Positions 48,175 through 62,169 of a DNA stretch of 64,000 bases are shown one piece after another. Source of the stretch: Octopus bimaculoides. Taxonomy: Eukaryota. Under the pieces are notes generated by a model. That model ran no database searches and was not told the origin of the DNA. It worked only from the letters and a program-made list of their open reading frames with translations. The stretch lies in NCBI RefSeq assembly GCF_001194135.2, contig NC_068987.1, positions 29,177,532-29,241,531 on the forward strand, in the 5' to 3' direction. The position numbers and the translations under genes were made by a program. Position 1 is the first letter of the stretch, and every line of letters begins with the position of its first letter.

Positions 48175-48960
48175 TCTGCTTGTATATGTATCAACTGTGA
48201 GTAATGTGGTATCACTATCTTCTATCTGTATCTCCTATTTAGCACGCGGCATGTTTCCTTTATGAAGATATACTCCTGTATTTGTCTGAGTGTTGGGTTC
48301 TTCCTGTGCTTGGACGAATGGTGGATGTGAATTCGACCCAGTGTGCCTCCATGTTAGTCTTTGGCATGTTGGTAGAGTATGGAGGACTCTATGTTTTTTG
48401 TCGTCATATTGTCTCAAATGTCCATTTAACCTCTTCGCAATGCTTCTAGATGTTTCACCAGTGTATGTCCTGTTCTTGTCTTTGCAAGCACCCTCTATGT
48501 TCTTTATGCTGTAGACTACATTTCTAGTTCTACTGTTAACGCCAGGGTTAATCTTACATACCATGCAGCTTTCATTGGTGAATGTGGTATTATCAAAGGT
48601 GTACATCCCACCTAATTGTGATCTGATGGATCTCCTTGGCTGTTCAACGATCTTAATGTTGAGTTTCGTCTCCTTTAGAGCTTTCCTAAACCAATTCTCT
48701 GGATATGACCTGAAAGATAGGATTCAGGTATACAAGGGAGGTAGAGGGAGTTTAGATAGCATTATATGTAAGGAAACCAGTGTGGTGCCTGCCCTAAATA
48801 CAGAGGTAAAGACTAAGATAGGATACAGAGAGTTTGTGACAAAGCAAACAGTATGAGCACATGGTACAAAGGCATAAATATCAAGGAGCAATGTTTGTAG
48901 AGGCCACAGGCCATAGAGATTTAGGAAAACTCTGAAGGAAAACAAACTCTTGCAAACCAA
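48175..48960 (-). mobile_element. Penelope-like element remnant: linker and GIY-YIG endonuclease
   Basis: Continuous frame ENWFRKALKETKLNIKIVEQPRRSIRSQLGG...ESCMVCKINPGVNSRTRNVVYSIKNIEGACKDKNRTYTGETSRSIAKRLNGH. After a frameshift it reads ..QHAKD*H..RQIQESIFIRET..LNR. Shows the CxxC linker, VVY/YTGET GIY-YIG motifs, R..H and the catalytic E. Confidence 0.85.
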
Positions 48961-50194
48961 ATACAATAACTGAATATATATATATATATACACACACGGA
49001 ATTTTGTCAGTGAACAGGTCGCTGTTTCAAAGTGTCGAAACTATTTTGACAAATCAAATTTAAATGCTGAAGTGAATCTAACGGTTTTTGTTTTCTTTAA
49101 ATGGCTTATAAATACCTTCCACGCTGCAGTTGTTTTTGTTTCAGCACATGATCTCAGATCAGGTCACTTGTTATGCAAGTACATCCTCGTAATATATTAT
49201 ATTATATTATATTATATTATATTAATAATATAACTGCTCCTCTCCACCTATCCAAATCTGTAAAATATCAGAGAGACAGTAAAATGGAATTATTACATCG
49301 ATTACATGAAATGTATTATACACTCTGCCCATCAGTAAATATCTGCATGTCTATTATGGTCGTGTAGAGATTGACATGATTGTATATGTACAATCATGTC
49401 TATCTATTAACGAATATTAACGTATAAGGCAGCCAAAGACACGAGCGTGACACATATATGTGTTACTGGCAACCACGTATATATATATATATATATATAT
49501 ATATNNNNNNNNNNNNNNNNNNNNNNNTGCAAATACACTCACACAGAAAGATATTCATTTAATAGCCGTTAAATTTGCTCGGGCATATGTTTGCATATGG
49601 CTTGAGTTTACAGATAAATTGAGAAAAATACTTCAGATTAACTTCTATTCCTTCAGATATTTCTATTCAGTCAATTTAATTTTTAGCAAAATATCTAAAG
49701 ATACTCTTTTGGACTCTGGATTTTCCCTGTTTGGTTTTGTTTCATGTATCTAAATTTATGCCTATGAAAATTGTCGGAAATTCTGTTCACATCTATTCCA
49801 TTTGATTTTTTTTTTCATCGGTAGCTTTTCGACAGATTCTATGCAGTAATTAAAATGATTTTAAGTAAAATGAAAAAGAAACTTGACTTATAATTAATGC
49901 TAGGCAACGATATTTTTATCTGATTCATTAAGAGATAATTGGATATGAATGTGTCTCACTGGTTTGCGAAAATAACTGATAATATCTTCAGTATATCCAC
50001 ATATTTTGCTTGTAGTATTTCAATTAGCCAATAATAAATCAATCTTTTTAACTATCTTTCATCTTTTACTTGTTTAATCCACTGGGAAAGTGTAGTGACG
50101 GTTCTTCCGACAGGAACATATGGAGGATGTGCCAGAAATCTCTTCCGCGACTTTCCTACGAATAGCGAGCAGAGGAAATGTATATATTTTCTTT

Positions 50195-50411
50195 TATCTT
50201 TTACTTGCTTCAGTAATCAGACTGCGGCCATGCTGGAGTACCGCCATGAAGAATGTTTTAGTTGAATGAATCAATCCTAGTACCGTTCTTCAAAGCCTGG
50301 TACTTATTCTATGGGTCTTTTTTCCGAACTGCTAATTTGCGAGCCGTAAGCACATCAACACCGGTTCGTCAGGAAGTGGTAGAGGACAACCACAGATACA
50401 CACACATACAT

Positions 50412-50474
<63 letters not shown>

Positions 50475-50637
50475 GCGGCCTTGTTTTCAGTTTCGGACAC
50501 TAAATCCACTGACGAGGTTTTGGTTAGCCGAAGGCTATTGTAGGAGATACCTGTCCAAGATGTCACGCAGTGGGACTGAATTTGGAATCATGAAGTTGCG
50601 AAGAAAACCTCTTACCACACAGCCACGCCTGCGCCTA
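50195..50637 (-). mobile_element. SINE family C, full length
   Basis: Head (minus) GGCGCAGGCGTGGCTGTGTGGTAAGAG..AAATTCAGTCCCACTGCGTGAC, internal (TA)n about 50406-50471, tail ACTGCGGCCATGCTGGAG. Confidence 0.88.
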
Positions 50638-50997
50638 GATGGATGAAATTACAATATTCTCTCTCCCCAAAGAACTGTGACTTTGTATTTTTCTAAGAAA
50701 TCCTAATCTATCTATATATATGTTCCCTAATTTCAACGTCAACGTGAAATCGTATTTATTTCCTTCGTTGACTTTTGTAAATAATTATTAGATTAACATG
50801 AATTCAATTTTACGAATCAAAGTGGTAATTAATCCTGTCTAATTCCTATTTACCACCACAAAGTAAACATATTCTGAAATATTAGTACTTGTCAATATAT
50901 GGATCATGGTTATGCTATAATAGCTTGGATTTTTCTGGATCTGGGACACATGATAAGAACGTTATTAGGTCTGTTTGATCACATAAATATCGAAAAA

Positions 50998-51121
<124 letters not shown>

Positions 51122-51845
51122 GTAGGTATGTATGTATTACAATACGTATATAAGTTTGCGTTTATGTGCGTATCCCAGAATCATATATATATAGTGATAT
51201 ATATATATATATATATAATTATATCGTGTTATGCGTATGTTCGGTGAAGGGACGGGCGTGTCCAAATGATTTAATTGACTAGATTATTATTTAATTCTAA
51301 GGATTCGGTTGTCAGTAACGGTTCTGGTATGCAAAGTTTTATAGTCGTTCCAGCCTTGATTGTTCGATTGCACCAGTTGCCAGTCGATCAATATTTCTCA
51401 CGGGTAGCAGCGAAGCGAATAATTAATTAAATCTCGTAGTTTGATAACGATCAAACGCACAAGTATTCTTCACGCACACTCTCTGTGGTTTGAAGATTAG
51501 GATCAATTAATATAATTATCAATTTCACCATTGACTTAACTGGAATCTACAGAAGGCATTGTTTTGTTGCTTGGTTAATGAATACCGTATAAGTTTAGCG
51601 CAAAATATTCATTTAGTCTGTTTCCAGATAATATCATATTTTTCCTTTAGTTACTGATCGATTGAAACAAGAGTATGAACAAGTTTGCTGAGTTACATAT
51701 ATACACGCTAGGTTTTATTTATTTATTTATTTATCTGTTTATTTATTTACAATCTGCATATTGTTTTTCTTTCGTTTATTGATAATTTCCCTCTTACATA
51801 CTCAGTCATCAGTGTGGATATTTGGCTGCGCCTTTATGGATATAT

Positions 51846-52058
51846 AAGGCCGCGAGCTGGCGGAATCGTTAACACGCCGGAGAAAATGCTTAGCAGCATT
51901 TTGTCCGTCTTTACTTTCTGAGTTCAAATTCCGTCGAGGTCGACCTTGCCGTTCATCATTTCGGGGCCGATAAAATAAGTACCGTTTGAGCACTTGGATC
52001 AATGCAATTAACTTACCTCATCCCTCTAAACTGATGACCTTGTGCCAAAATTTGAAAG
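51846..52058 (+). mobile_element. SINE family B, full length
   Basis: AAGGCCGCGAGCTGGCGGAATCGTTAACACGCCGG..TTCTGAGTTCAAATTCCGTCGAGGTCGACCTTGCCGTTCATC..CCTTGTGCCAAAATTTGAAA. Confidence 0.92.
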
Positions 52059-54827
52059 CAATACCAGTGTCTATATACAAGCAGTCACCTTTCTACGTTT
52101 GCTACAATGCCTTGGATAAGGAATAATTTAAAAGGGATATTTTGTCTCTAGATACAAACTTTACAGCAGAAACTTGTGGAAATCTTTTTCTACTGCCTTG
52201 TCTATGTTTCTTTTCCCTTATAAACATATAATGAAACATGCCAGTACAAAGAGGAGGCATTTTATTTCAGTAGCATTGAACAGCTTGAGTTCATTTTGAG
52301 TATGTAAAGAAATAATTCCAATATGCATCTACTCTATAATTTAAGTTTCAAATGTTTGTAAATATAAGAAAACGTGCAAACTGAGATGTTTTCGACTGAA
52401 GAGTATCAGTATATGACATTACAATAAAAAGAAAATCGAACATTCATTGAGATAAAGATTCGAAAAACACAAGAGAACGAAACAATGAAAATGGTATTGA
52501 TTTTTTGGTCAACAAGAAATAAAAACTGCGTGCGCTGTCCTCATGCATAATGAGAATATGTAAACCATATATATGATTTATATTAAATCTACGAAAGTTT
52601 ATAAGGAATTCAAGAGAACGCCTTGTTTCACAAATATAGAAACCTTCAAGAGAAATCATAATGTTAGCATCTTAATAATGGTTTCCTTTAACGCTTGCGG
52701 CAAATTCTGTCCAATTTCAAGAAAATGCATGTTTACGGCAAATAGTTGAATTCGATAAATGGCTACGATTGTTTAGAGAGTTGGAACCATCAATAATAAA
52801 TGACGGATTGGCCAATAAATAGCAATTTTCGCCTGCCATCCGTCTTAAGTTAAGGTTTATTGGAATGTATTGGCAAAATGGAAGCATTATGAAAACGCAT
52901 GCCACAATATTTGAGCGAAGTAAAACTCAAGTCTTTCTTTTCTTTTCTGTTTTTTTCTTTTTTTAGATATAAGCTATTATAGATGTAACTGTTCTGAGAT
53001 ATGAAACCTAACATGTGACAAACAGTTAAACAAGAAAAGGAAACGTTGGTTTATTGCTCAATATGAAACATAAAGAACAACGAAATGAGTGACGACATTT
53101 CACTGTGGCAAAATTTCGGGATTTTGAGGTATGCTCAAAAATATAAAACACCAGACATAATACAGCCTTTATTGTTTCCTTCCCTTTTGTCATCCACATT
53201 CCGATTTACTTGTTTCAACATCTGATAATACTCCTCACTCCGATGAAATGTACGTTCCGAAACGTTAGACTTTGCATTTTTTAAAATTATTTTGTCATAC
53301 AAACGTCATTTGAACTATCAATGATACATGTTGATTACCTCCCTTTTCTTTCTTACTGAAGCTGATTTGCATATGTATTTTTGAGCGGATAAAATAGTAT
53401 TTCATTGAAAATTCAATAGACTCTACTCTTCTATAAATTACATGACAATGTGCCAATATTAGAAATCTTTATTATTAATATTATTAAAAAAAAAACAAGT
53501 GGCATAATCCGTAAAAAGTCGGTCAACATTCTGTGGAGTATTTTACTGATCTGAATTCAAGTCTGGTTAAGGTTAAATTTCCTCTCAAACAACTGAATCA
53601 ATAAATTAAAGTAGAACCTAGCTATTGCATGCGATTTATCCAAGTGTGTCTTTCTTTGAGATGTTTCTGCCAAGAGTAGGGAATTTTTTTTTTCGCTGCT
53701 CTTGACTGACGATTGATGTTTCTGATTACGTAGGAGCCTCACCGATGACATAATATCTAGTAATAATAGCCATTCGTTTTTTAAACTACATTCAACCATC
53801 TTCAAATTTACATTGGACAGTGTAGTTTGTGATATGCTATAACTAATATGAATGACGCAATAGTCACAATAGAATGTCTGTTATTGTAGACCAGCTAATC
53901 AGACGCGACTTGAAGCATGACAACAAAATCAAATTTCAGACGAAATTTCACACTAAACCTAGAATGAACTGCACAAATATTTCATATAATATTTGAGTTT
54001 TGACGAGTTAGGCCCTGCTGCAGGTTATACTCATTGAAAGTCCTTGTGGGGCTTTGGTTCTGATTCAGTGTTGTTCATTTAAATCACACGTTGCCTGAGT
54101 TTTCTTTATATTCTTTTTCTACATTCTCATTGGTAAGTTACTCTATATATAACCTATCAATCTCTTTTGCACAAGTCTCTTGTAATAATGCGCAATCGAC
54201 TATTTACCAATTGATAAATAGTATTTTATTAGCCCTGAAACATTTATTTATTTAGCAACAATAGACCCGTTTGTATTGGTGGAACAATCATGAGACTGAT
54301 GTACTCATATGTCTGGCAATTGATTCATTAACGACTTGCTATCATATGTAGCTGAATTGTCTTTTCATGTTGCCAGATGGACATAGAAGCCAACTTTATT
54401 GTATCGATTTACGTTGTCTGCTTTGACTAAATTTGGTTATCCAGTGATTACATGATGAAATGTCATTATACCTAGCATTTGGGGTTACATCTGGTTTTCA
54501 AGATGCTTATTGTTAGATGTCAGAGAGATAGTATAAAATTTAAATGCAACTTTGAAGTTGATACATCTTAACAAAGCAATTGTTCATGTTATTAGTTTAA
54601 AAATTTTATATCGTGAGCTTTCAGTTTAGAACTTAGTGCAGCCCTGTATGATTTGAAAAGTGTTAATGAGTTTTCTAGTTTATTTAAACTACTATATGTA
54701 ATGTGTGTACATATCACTTACGTTATGTTTCTTTCTTAGGTGCGGCTGTCAATCTTAACATTTAGTTATTTATATATTAATCTTTAATAATTCCACGTAA
54801 GAACACGTGTTGTTGTTATAGGGCTTA

Positions 54828-55059
54828 TTAATGTGGTGAGCTGGCAGAATCGTTAGCATGCCGGGCCAAATGCTTAGTGACATTTCATGCGATTTTATAT
54901 TCTGAGTTCAAACTCCGCCAAGGTCGATAAAATAAGTACCAGTTGAGCACTGGGGTCAATGTAATCAACTTATCTCTCACCCCGCGGAAATCTCCTACCT
55001 TGAGGTGAAATTTGAAATTATCATTATAGGGCTTATTAAGGTGGTGAGCTGGGAGAATC
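54828..55059 (+). mobile_element. SINE family B copy followed by a repeated head fragment
   Basis: GTGGTGAGCTGGCAGAATCGTTAGCATGCCGGGC..AAATTTGAAATT, then a second GTGGTGAGCTGGGAGAATC at 55041-55059. Confidence 0.85.
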
Positions 55060-56114
55060 ATTATATAGGACACACACACACACACGTTCGCATACCCACA
55101 CACACACACACGCACGCACACAGACGTACACGCAACGCACATACACAGACTCAAACACTTAGTTATCTGTCCCAATGGATGCCACGTCTAGGTGACACTT
55201 CATTCCGTGTTAGTTTTTAATGATACTATCGAGTGTTCTTAATCAACGTGTTTTCTTCAGTTGGCATCTTCCACAGCACGTTTACCTTGTCATTTTCTAA
55301 GATATACTGCAGTATATTTTTGTACCATCTCTTTTGTACCAATGCTCATAATTTATCATGCGGACCTAGTTTCTAATGAATGTAAGACGCCAACACGGTC
55401 TCACCACTGTGTGCATGTGTGCCTATGTGTGCGCGTGCGCACGAACTATCGTCTGACAATGGATTAGCTACAAACAATAATTCGTTTTCTTTGTATTTGG
55501 TGTTTATTTCATTGAGAATTAAAAACTAAGTAATCATCTCGTGTTTTATATCAATATTTCTGTGTAACTTCACATGGTGTTCATTCGAGTTGTGATATTC
55601 CTATATGCTAAATTTTTATGGATTACCGTTTCTTTTGTCATTACCAAGTTAGCTATGTAACTGATTTTTTTGTGTCTCTTTGTGATATTGATGCATATGT
55701 ATTTCGCTATTATAACTACACGTTTTGAGTTTAGAAGTCGGATTGAGCAGACCTTTGTTCTTTCGTAGAAAGTTAGTTTATAATACCTAAACTATTTCCG
55801 TCTTTATATAAATTGCTTATCCTCTCTTCTATTCATATTTTTGTCTGTGCATCTCTTGTTTGAATTTATTAGCTACTTCTCTATTTCTAGTGTCTAATTT
55901 TGTAATTTTGTTGGTTTTTCATGTACTATGTCTACGTTCACGATTTAAATTTTCATTTTTATTCTCCTAGCTTCTTGCAATTTCTTTATGTAATTTTTCT
56001 GTTCTGTGTGATATTTCTATATATTATATCTTTTGTTTTCAAACATTTCTTTCTTTAAATTAGTAATCTTGATCTGATATAAAATATATACGGAACATTC
56101 AACCGATTTATGTT

Positions 56115-56190
56115 ATTCTTTCCGACTCTTTGCATTCTGAGTTCAAATGCCACTGAAGACAACTTTGTCTTTTATCCTTTCGACTTAATA
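56115..56190 (+). mobile_element. SINE family B fragment
   Basis: CATTCTGAGTTCAAATGCCACTGAAGACAACTTTGTCTTTTATCCTTTCG. Confidence 0.65.
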
Positions 56191-56886
56191 AGAGTCTCAA
56201 TGCAAGGCAGTGTATTGAGTAACCTATTAATACGTAAGACGAGATGAACTGGGATTTCTATTCAGAGGATTTCCGTTCTGATAGGAATTCAGTGGTGTCA
56301 AGCTCTATCGGAACTGAGGTGGCAGCTTTTTATGTAGACAACATCGTTGATATAGGAGACAATAGACCTGACTACATGCTGAAGTACCAGTTATTTTCTA
56401 CAACAAATTCTTTGCCATCGATGTATCCAAATGCAAATACCAAGGGAATCCTGACTGACAGCAGTCAGTGTAAAAGATTCAGTTTCAATAAGGCATTCTT
56501 CTTTCTTTTTTTTTTGTTATTATACGAGTATCCTTCAAAATTGATTCAATAAGATCAGTTAAGTCTTTAATATTGAATACACGCTTCCTCAATGAATATA
56601 TGATACTGTGTCAAAGCTAAAATAATTTATTTGACCTATGAGAATTGAGATTCGTATTAATCTAAATAAACACACTAAGACATCTTAAGATATTTCACAA
56701 ATCTTCCTTTTCATTTTGAAGTCTTAAGAAAGCCCCGACAGTATTACTGGCAATATGGTAAGACAGCGAGACACGTTTTACTGGTTGGTCCAGCTGAAAG
56801 CCTTCTTTTTAACTGGTGTATCTTTCTCTCAGTAGAGTGTTGCTACTGAAGTAAGCTATAGCTGTAGTGAAATGGCGTGCCAAACC

Positions 56887-56887
<1 letters not shown>

Positions 56888-56931
<44 letters not shown>

Positions 56932-56981
56932 GTATCAGTCAGCTATGTTATTATAAATGTACAGTTAAAAATGTAGTGACC

Positions 56982-57018
<37 letters not shown>

Positions 57019-57062
57019 CTCTGTGTGTGTCTGTGCATGTGTGTATTTGTGTGCGTGTGCCC

Positions 57063-57108
<46 letters not shown>
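56888..57108. repeat. (GATA)n, (GT)n and (TA)n microsatellites
   Basis: Read directly. Confidence 0.95.
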
Positions 57109-57110
<2 letters not shown>

Positions 57111-58747
57111 CAAAAGCAACAGGTGACTCAATGTAAGCTAAAGTAAAAAAAAAACATCTTGATAAGAACTACGTAGGATCATAGGTTCTTAGTTGAATGA
57201 TCGAAAGGGGAATGGCATGTTTTGAAGTTTTAGATGTTAGATCTTCTATGGCACGAGATGAAGGGCATATAAGGAGAGAGAACAGAATAGAGATTCATTG
57301 TGAGACAAAATATAACGATAACATATTTGGGTGAAAACGATAAAATATTTGGTACAGTTAGATGAAGGATTATAAACCTAGGTGTATACCGTTCTATGCG
57401 ATGTGTCAAAAAATGGAATGGAGTGGACGTTTAATTTCACGTGAGAGAGTATATGTATGCTTTGTAGCAGGAATATGAGTAGCTTTTACGTATCTATATG
57501 CTGGGATGCATGTATGTGTATAAATATGAGTGTATGTATATGGATGGGTGAGTGATTCTAAGAGTGTAAATTCCTTGGTTTTAGTTGGTGTCGTAAATAT
57601 CAAAGTGCATTTGTGAGGCTGTGTGAACGAATGTATGAGTAGATAAGTTTGTCGAGTCTATGATGTAGGGTAAATGTGGAGCGGTTGAACGCGTTCGGAA
57701 TTTGAAAAGCGTTTTTATATCAGTGCTTGCGTGTGATTCAGCAGTCTAAAGAGGAAGAAAAGCAAGAAGGTTGTCGGAATTTAGTTTACGAGATTCCAGT
57801 CCTGATGAATCTCAACTGGAATGTGCTGGCACAAAATAAATCTTGTATTTTCGTGTGAGCATAAGCAAGTTGAAAAATAAGGTGCAATAAATAATTTGAA
57901 AAATAACGAGCGTAACATTAGAAGCGGTTAAGTCGATGAACATAGATTCGAGAAGCTAAAATTCTGAAACCGGAATGTTTTTTTGTCAAGTCATGTTATG
58001 GCTGGAGCGATGGTAAATGATAGACGGAAGAAGTGAAAGATGCTAAAGTGCTCATGAAGGGAATGGGAAACTCCGACAAATATACGCATGTGCGTGTTTG
58101 GGTATAAATGGCTTAGGTCAGTTTGTAGTTTCTTCCGATTAAAATAAATGTACACACATATACACACACATATACACATACAAATACAGGCACATGTGTG
58201 TGTATGTGCGTGTGTGTGTGTGTATGTATGTGTATGTGTGTGTGTGTGTATGTGTGTGTGTGTGCGTGCGCGTGTATGTTCAGTTTTATTTCAAGAATCC
58301 TTGCCAATAGAAAAAGAGCCAGTTTCTAACCTAGATCCAAGGATCCATCATTGAAATTTCTAAAACAGGGCATTTTTGTATGTATGTATAAGTGCAGATT
58401 CGTATATTTTGTTTTATGGGTGTATTCTCATGCATATAGTTGCATATCTATATATGTTCATATATATTCAACTGATAAACTTCTGGTAAGTTTTACAGAT
58501 TTTTACAGTTCCATTGATGAACTGGATCTGTAGTCTTCAAATCAGCTTTCTGCCTTCTAGTTTTGAGAAACATATTTTCTCGAGATTAGTATTTAGGAAG
58601 TGTTTTACATATCACATTGCCCCAATAATCATACGCATAAACCCGAACTTGTAATCTGGATAGAGCAACTGTAGTATGTATGTATGTATGTATGTATGTA
58701 TGTATGTATGTATGTATGAATGTATGTATGTATGTATACATAAAGAT

Positions 58748-58905
58748 ATAGGCGCGATTTGGTCGAATTTTTTAGAAGTTTGCTTCTCAACTACCAGGTC
58801 TAGGCTTGGATCCCAGTGTTGAACCTTTAGAAAATGTCATTTATGTAATTCTCTATAGCGTTTCGTCTACCCATACGCTGTGAATGAAACAGGCGATTAC
58901 ATGAA
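58748..58905 (+). mobile_element. Degenerate SINE family C-like head
   Basis: AGGCGCGATTTGGTC..AGAAGTTTGCTTCTCAACTACCAGGTCTAGGCTTGGATCCCAGTG; weak similarity. Confidence 0.45.
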
Positions 58906-59548
58906 GGGTACACTTCTCTGGAAAATATACAGCCATATACACGTCATTTCAATGTTTATTTTGACAGTTGACCGAATATGTATATCCTCATTGTCGAACA
59001 ACATAGAGTCAACATGTATATGTAATACTGTGCTAATAAACAAATGTGTTCTGAAGATTTATATTATAAATCTTTTGCTTATACAGTCTTATGAATTAAA
59101 AATAACTAACTGTTTAATATTGATTGCTAAGATTGGTTGAAGGCAACACGTTTCGGTAAAGTTTGACTCATACTTTATTGTATCAACACTCGAGACGATG
59201 ATATTCAATTATTGTACATGTTATCAATCCCTTGGTTAGAATTATTATCTGCGCTTCGATTGAAATTATTCTCAGCGTTTCCATGAAAATTTTTATTTAC
59301 GTTATGATTAAAATTATTATCAAATGTTATTATACTAGGGTTATACATAATCAGTTTATTAACTTATCAATTGAAGAAGCCGTTCATACTGGTAAAACAT
59401 TTCTTCAATGAAGGATTTTGCTCTGATTATTATCAACGCAATTGCCATTTGTGTGTGCGTGTGTGTTTGTGTGGGTGTGTGTGTGTGTGTGTATGTGTGT
59501 GTGTGTGTGTGTTTGTGTATGTGTGGGGGTGGTATGCAAGAGTTACCC

Positions 59549-59611
59549 CCTGCGAGCTGGCAGAAACTTTAGCACGCCGGGCGAAATGCTTAGCGGTATT
59601 TCGTCTGCCGC
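59549..59611 (+). mobile_element. SINE family B head, cut by a gap
   Basis: GCGAGCTGGCAGAAACTTTAGCACGCCGGGCGAAATGCTTAGCGGTATTTCGTCTGCCGC. Confidence 0.88.
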
Positions 59612-61172
59612 NNNNNNNNNNNNNNNNNNNNNNNNNNNNNNNNNNNNNNNNNNNNNNNNNNNNNNNNNNNNNNNNNNNNNNNNNNNNNNNNNNNNNNNNN
59701 NNNNNNNNNNNNNNNNNNNNNNNNNNNNNNNNNNNNNNNNNNNNNNNNNNNNNNNNNNNNNNNNNNNNNNNNNNNNNNNNNNNNNNNNNNNNNNNNNNNN
59801 NNNNNNNNNNNNNNNNNNNNNNNNNNNNNNNNNNNNNNNNNNNNNNNNNNNNNNNNNNNNNNNNNNNNNNNNNNNNNNNNNNNNNNNNNNNNNNNNNNNN
59901 NNNNNNNNNNNNNNNNNNNNNNNNNNNNNNNNNNNNNNNNNNNNNNNNNNNNNNNNNNNNNNNTATATATATATATATATATATATATATTATCTATCTA
60001 ATTATCGATCTATCTACTTGTCTATTTAACTATATATTTATTCATCTAACTTCATATCTCTTTTACCTAACCTCTGTTTCTTTTTCTTGCAACTGTTAAT
60101 TATAGTGGCACAATAAATAATATTTACAGCCAGGTTACTTTAGTTGTTAATATCCCTACTCATCCAGATATACCAGTTACATAAATATATTTTTGCACAC
60201 TCACGTAAACATCCCTGTGTGTATGTGGGCGCGCGTGTGCTTCAAAATACAATTAAGTCTTTAATAATGCACTAATCTATCTGTTGAATTTTTTAATATT
60301 CAGTGTGAACGTCACAGAAACATTGTAGGTGCAAACATCAGACATTCTAGACTTCAGTGTAATCAATGATCTAAACTTTTTGTAAATATATTGTGTATAA
60401 AGAAAATACTTGCGAAATTAGTTATAATTCATTATATTTGTTTAAATAATCCACACTCGCTTACAAAAAGTACGAAAATCTATTTAACTGTCTTCTCTCT
60501 TTCAGAATTTATAAAATTTCAATATTCTTCAGCTCATTTTTTGTTTTGACTTCACTGTTGATATGAATTTATTCTTGAAAATCTTTAATATTTCTATATA
60601 ATTTTTTTTCTAAGAGTCTTCAAAACCAATCTTCTTAAAGAATTTTCAAGACGACGTATTAAATACTGCCTCCTCTATGAACAGTTGAGTTATTTCATAT
60701 TTAATTCAAAAGTCTTTAGTTTTCTCTTCAATATATTATAAATTTCAAAAAAATATATATGCAATTATGATTAAAGTGTCATTTGATTGGACTTACAGCT
60801 TTCGGTTTTTTTTTTTTTTAAATTAAATAGTTGATGAGTTCTAACATTATTCCTTCTTTTTTACCTATTTGATATTTTCGTATTCAATGGCAAATTCTTG
60901 ACATATATTAGACATTTTCTTCATCAATAATTTGCATGATATTAAACTGGATTTACAGCAACTCAGTCTCCCCGTTCAAAATATTTTTTTTTCTACTTGC
61001 AAAATGTCACCAAATATTAATACAATCAATATCAAATTTATATTGAAATTAACAAATTTTTGTAATTATTTTCAATTTAGCGAAATTGCTATCGTCTTTC
61101 TACTTAACCTTAGAACAGAAGTTTTGCTCTGGTGGCAAAGTACGTCTTTGTTCATTATTTCATGAATCCTGG

Positions 61173-61176
<4 letters not shown>

Positions 61177-61231
<55 letters not shown>

Positions 61232-61260
61232 CTTTCTATCTATCTCTAGCTCTCTCTCCC
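61177..61260. repeat. (CT)n(CTAT)n microsatellite
   Basis: Read directly. Confidence 0.97.
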
Positions 61261-61929
61261 CCTCTCTTTTGTTACTCTCGTTCTCTCTCTTGTGTTTGTT
61301 TTCCTTTCATATATGTGTCTTTCATTTCTTGTACCTTTTCTCCCTCTAGTAAAAGAATCATCGCCTTTCCTTGTTAGAGCCAATACTACAGTACAGAAAT
61401 AGGTCTGCAGATAGAAACGAATTCTGAAATGCAAGGATGTCGCTTGGTTACGTTCTAAATAATAATATTTTTAAATGTTTGAATTATTTATGGCACACCT
61501 AGTATATGTGGTAAGTACCTTTTTGTTTTTGTCTGTCCTCCTGCTCCTTATACATAGCTACATACACAGATATATGTATATATAAGCTGTGTGTTGATTT
61601 TTTTAACTGAGTGAAGCCAAACAATTGAACTCTGATGTGAGATAATCACCGAATGCTACCAGCTTTCTTTCAATCCATGCTGTCCAAGAAGTGTTCTTTT
61701 CTAACGCATCTGCTATTGCTGAAATGTCGAAGTCAAGACTAAGAGCACAATGAGACCCACCTTGACCAATAGTAGCCTATTTACCTGTAGTCATCTTGGA
61801 TTTTCTATATTTCTCCATTCAGTAATCAAAGCTTGAATGAGCCGGGTTTCTGTTTAAGTCGATTAGAGCCGAATCAGACTATTTTAACTAATAATATTTG
61901 TACATGTGTGTGTTGTTGTTGAGGTGTGT

Positions 61930-61980
<51 letters not shown>

Positions 61981-62169
61981 TATATAGAAAGTTCCGCCCG
62001 ATTTTTATTATTTATTTGAAAGTACAAACCTGATATTTAAAACTGGTAATTTAATAATCTATGCAATGTTCTTCATTTCCTATCACGGATCTGTTTGTAT
62101 TTGTAACTTTCCGAATATCTGATTTAAAAAACTCTTTAGGATTTACATTCATATATATATTTAATTCAT

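Noticed and set aside
57793-57822. 8-bp hairpin with CTGATGA in the loop
   Set aside because: No GAAA and the wrong topology for a hammerhead.
59143-59175. Minus-strand CCGAAACGTGTT hammerhead-like 3' half
   Set aside because: No CUGANGA upstream and no stem II.
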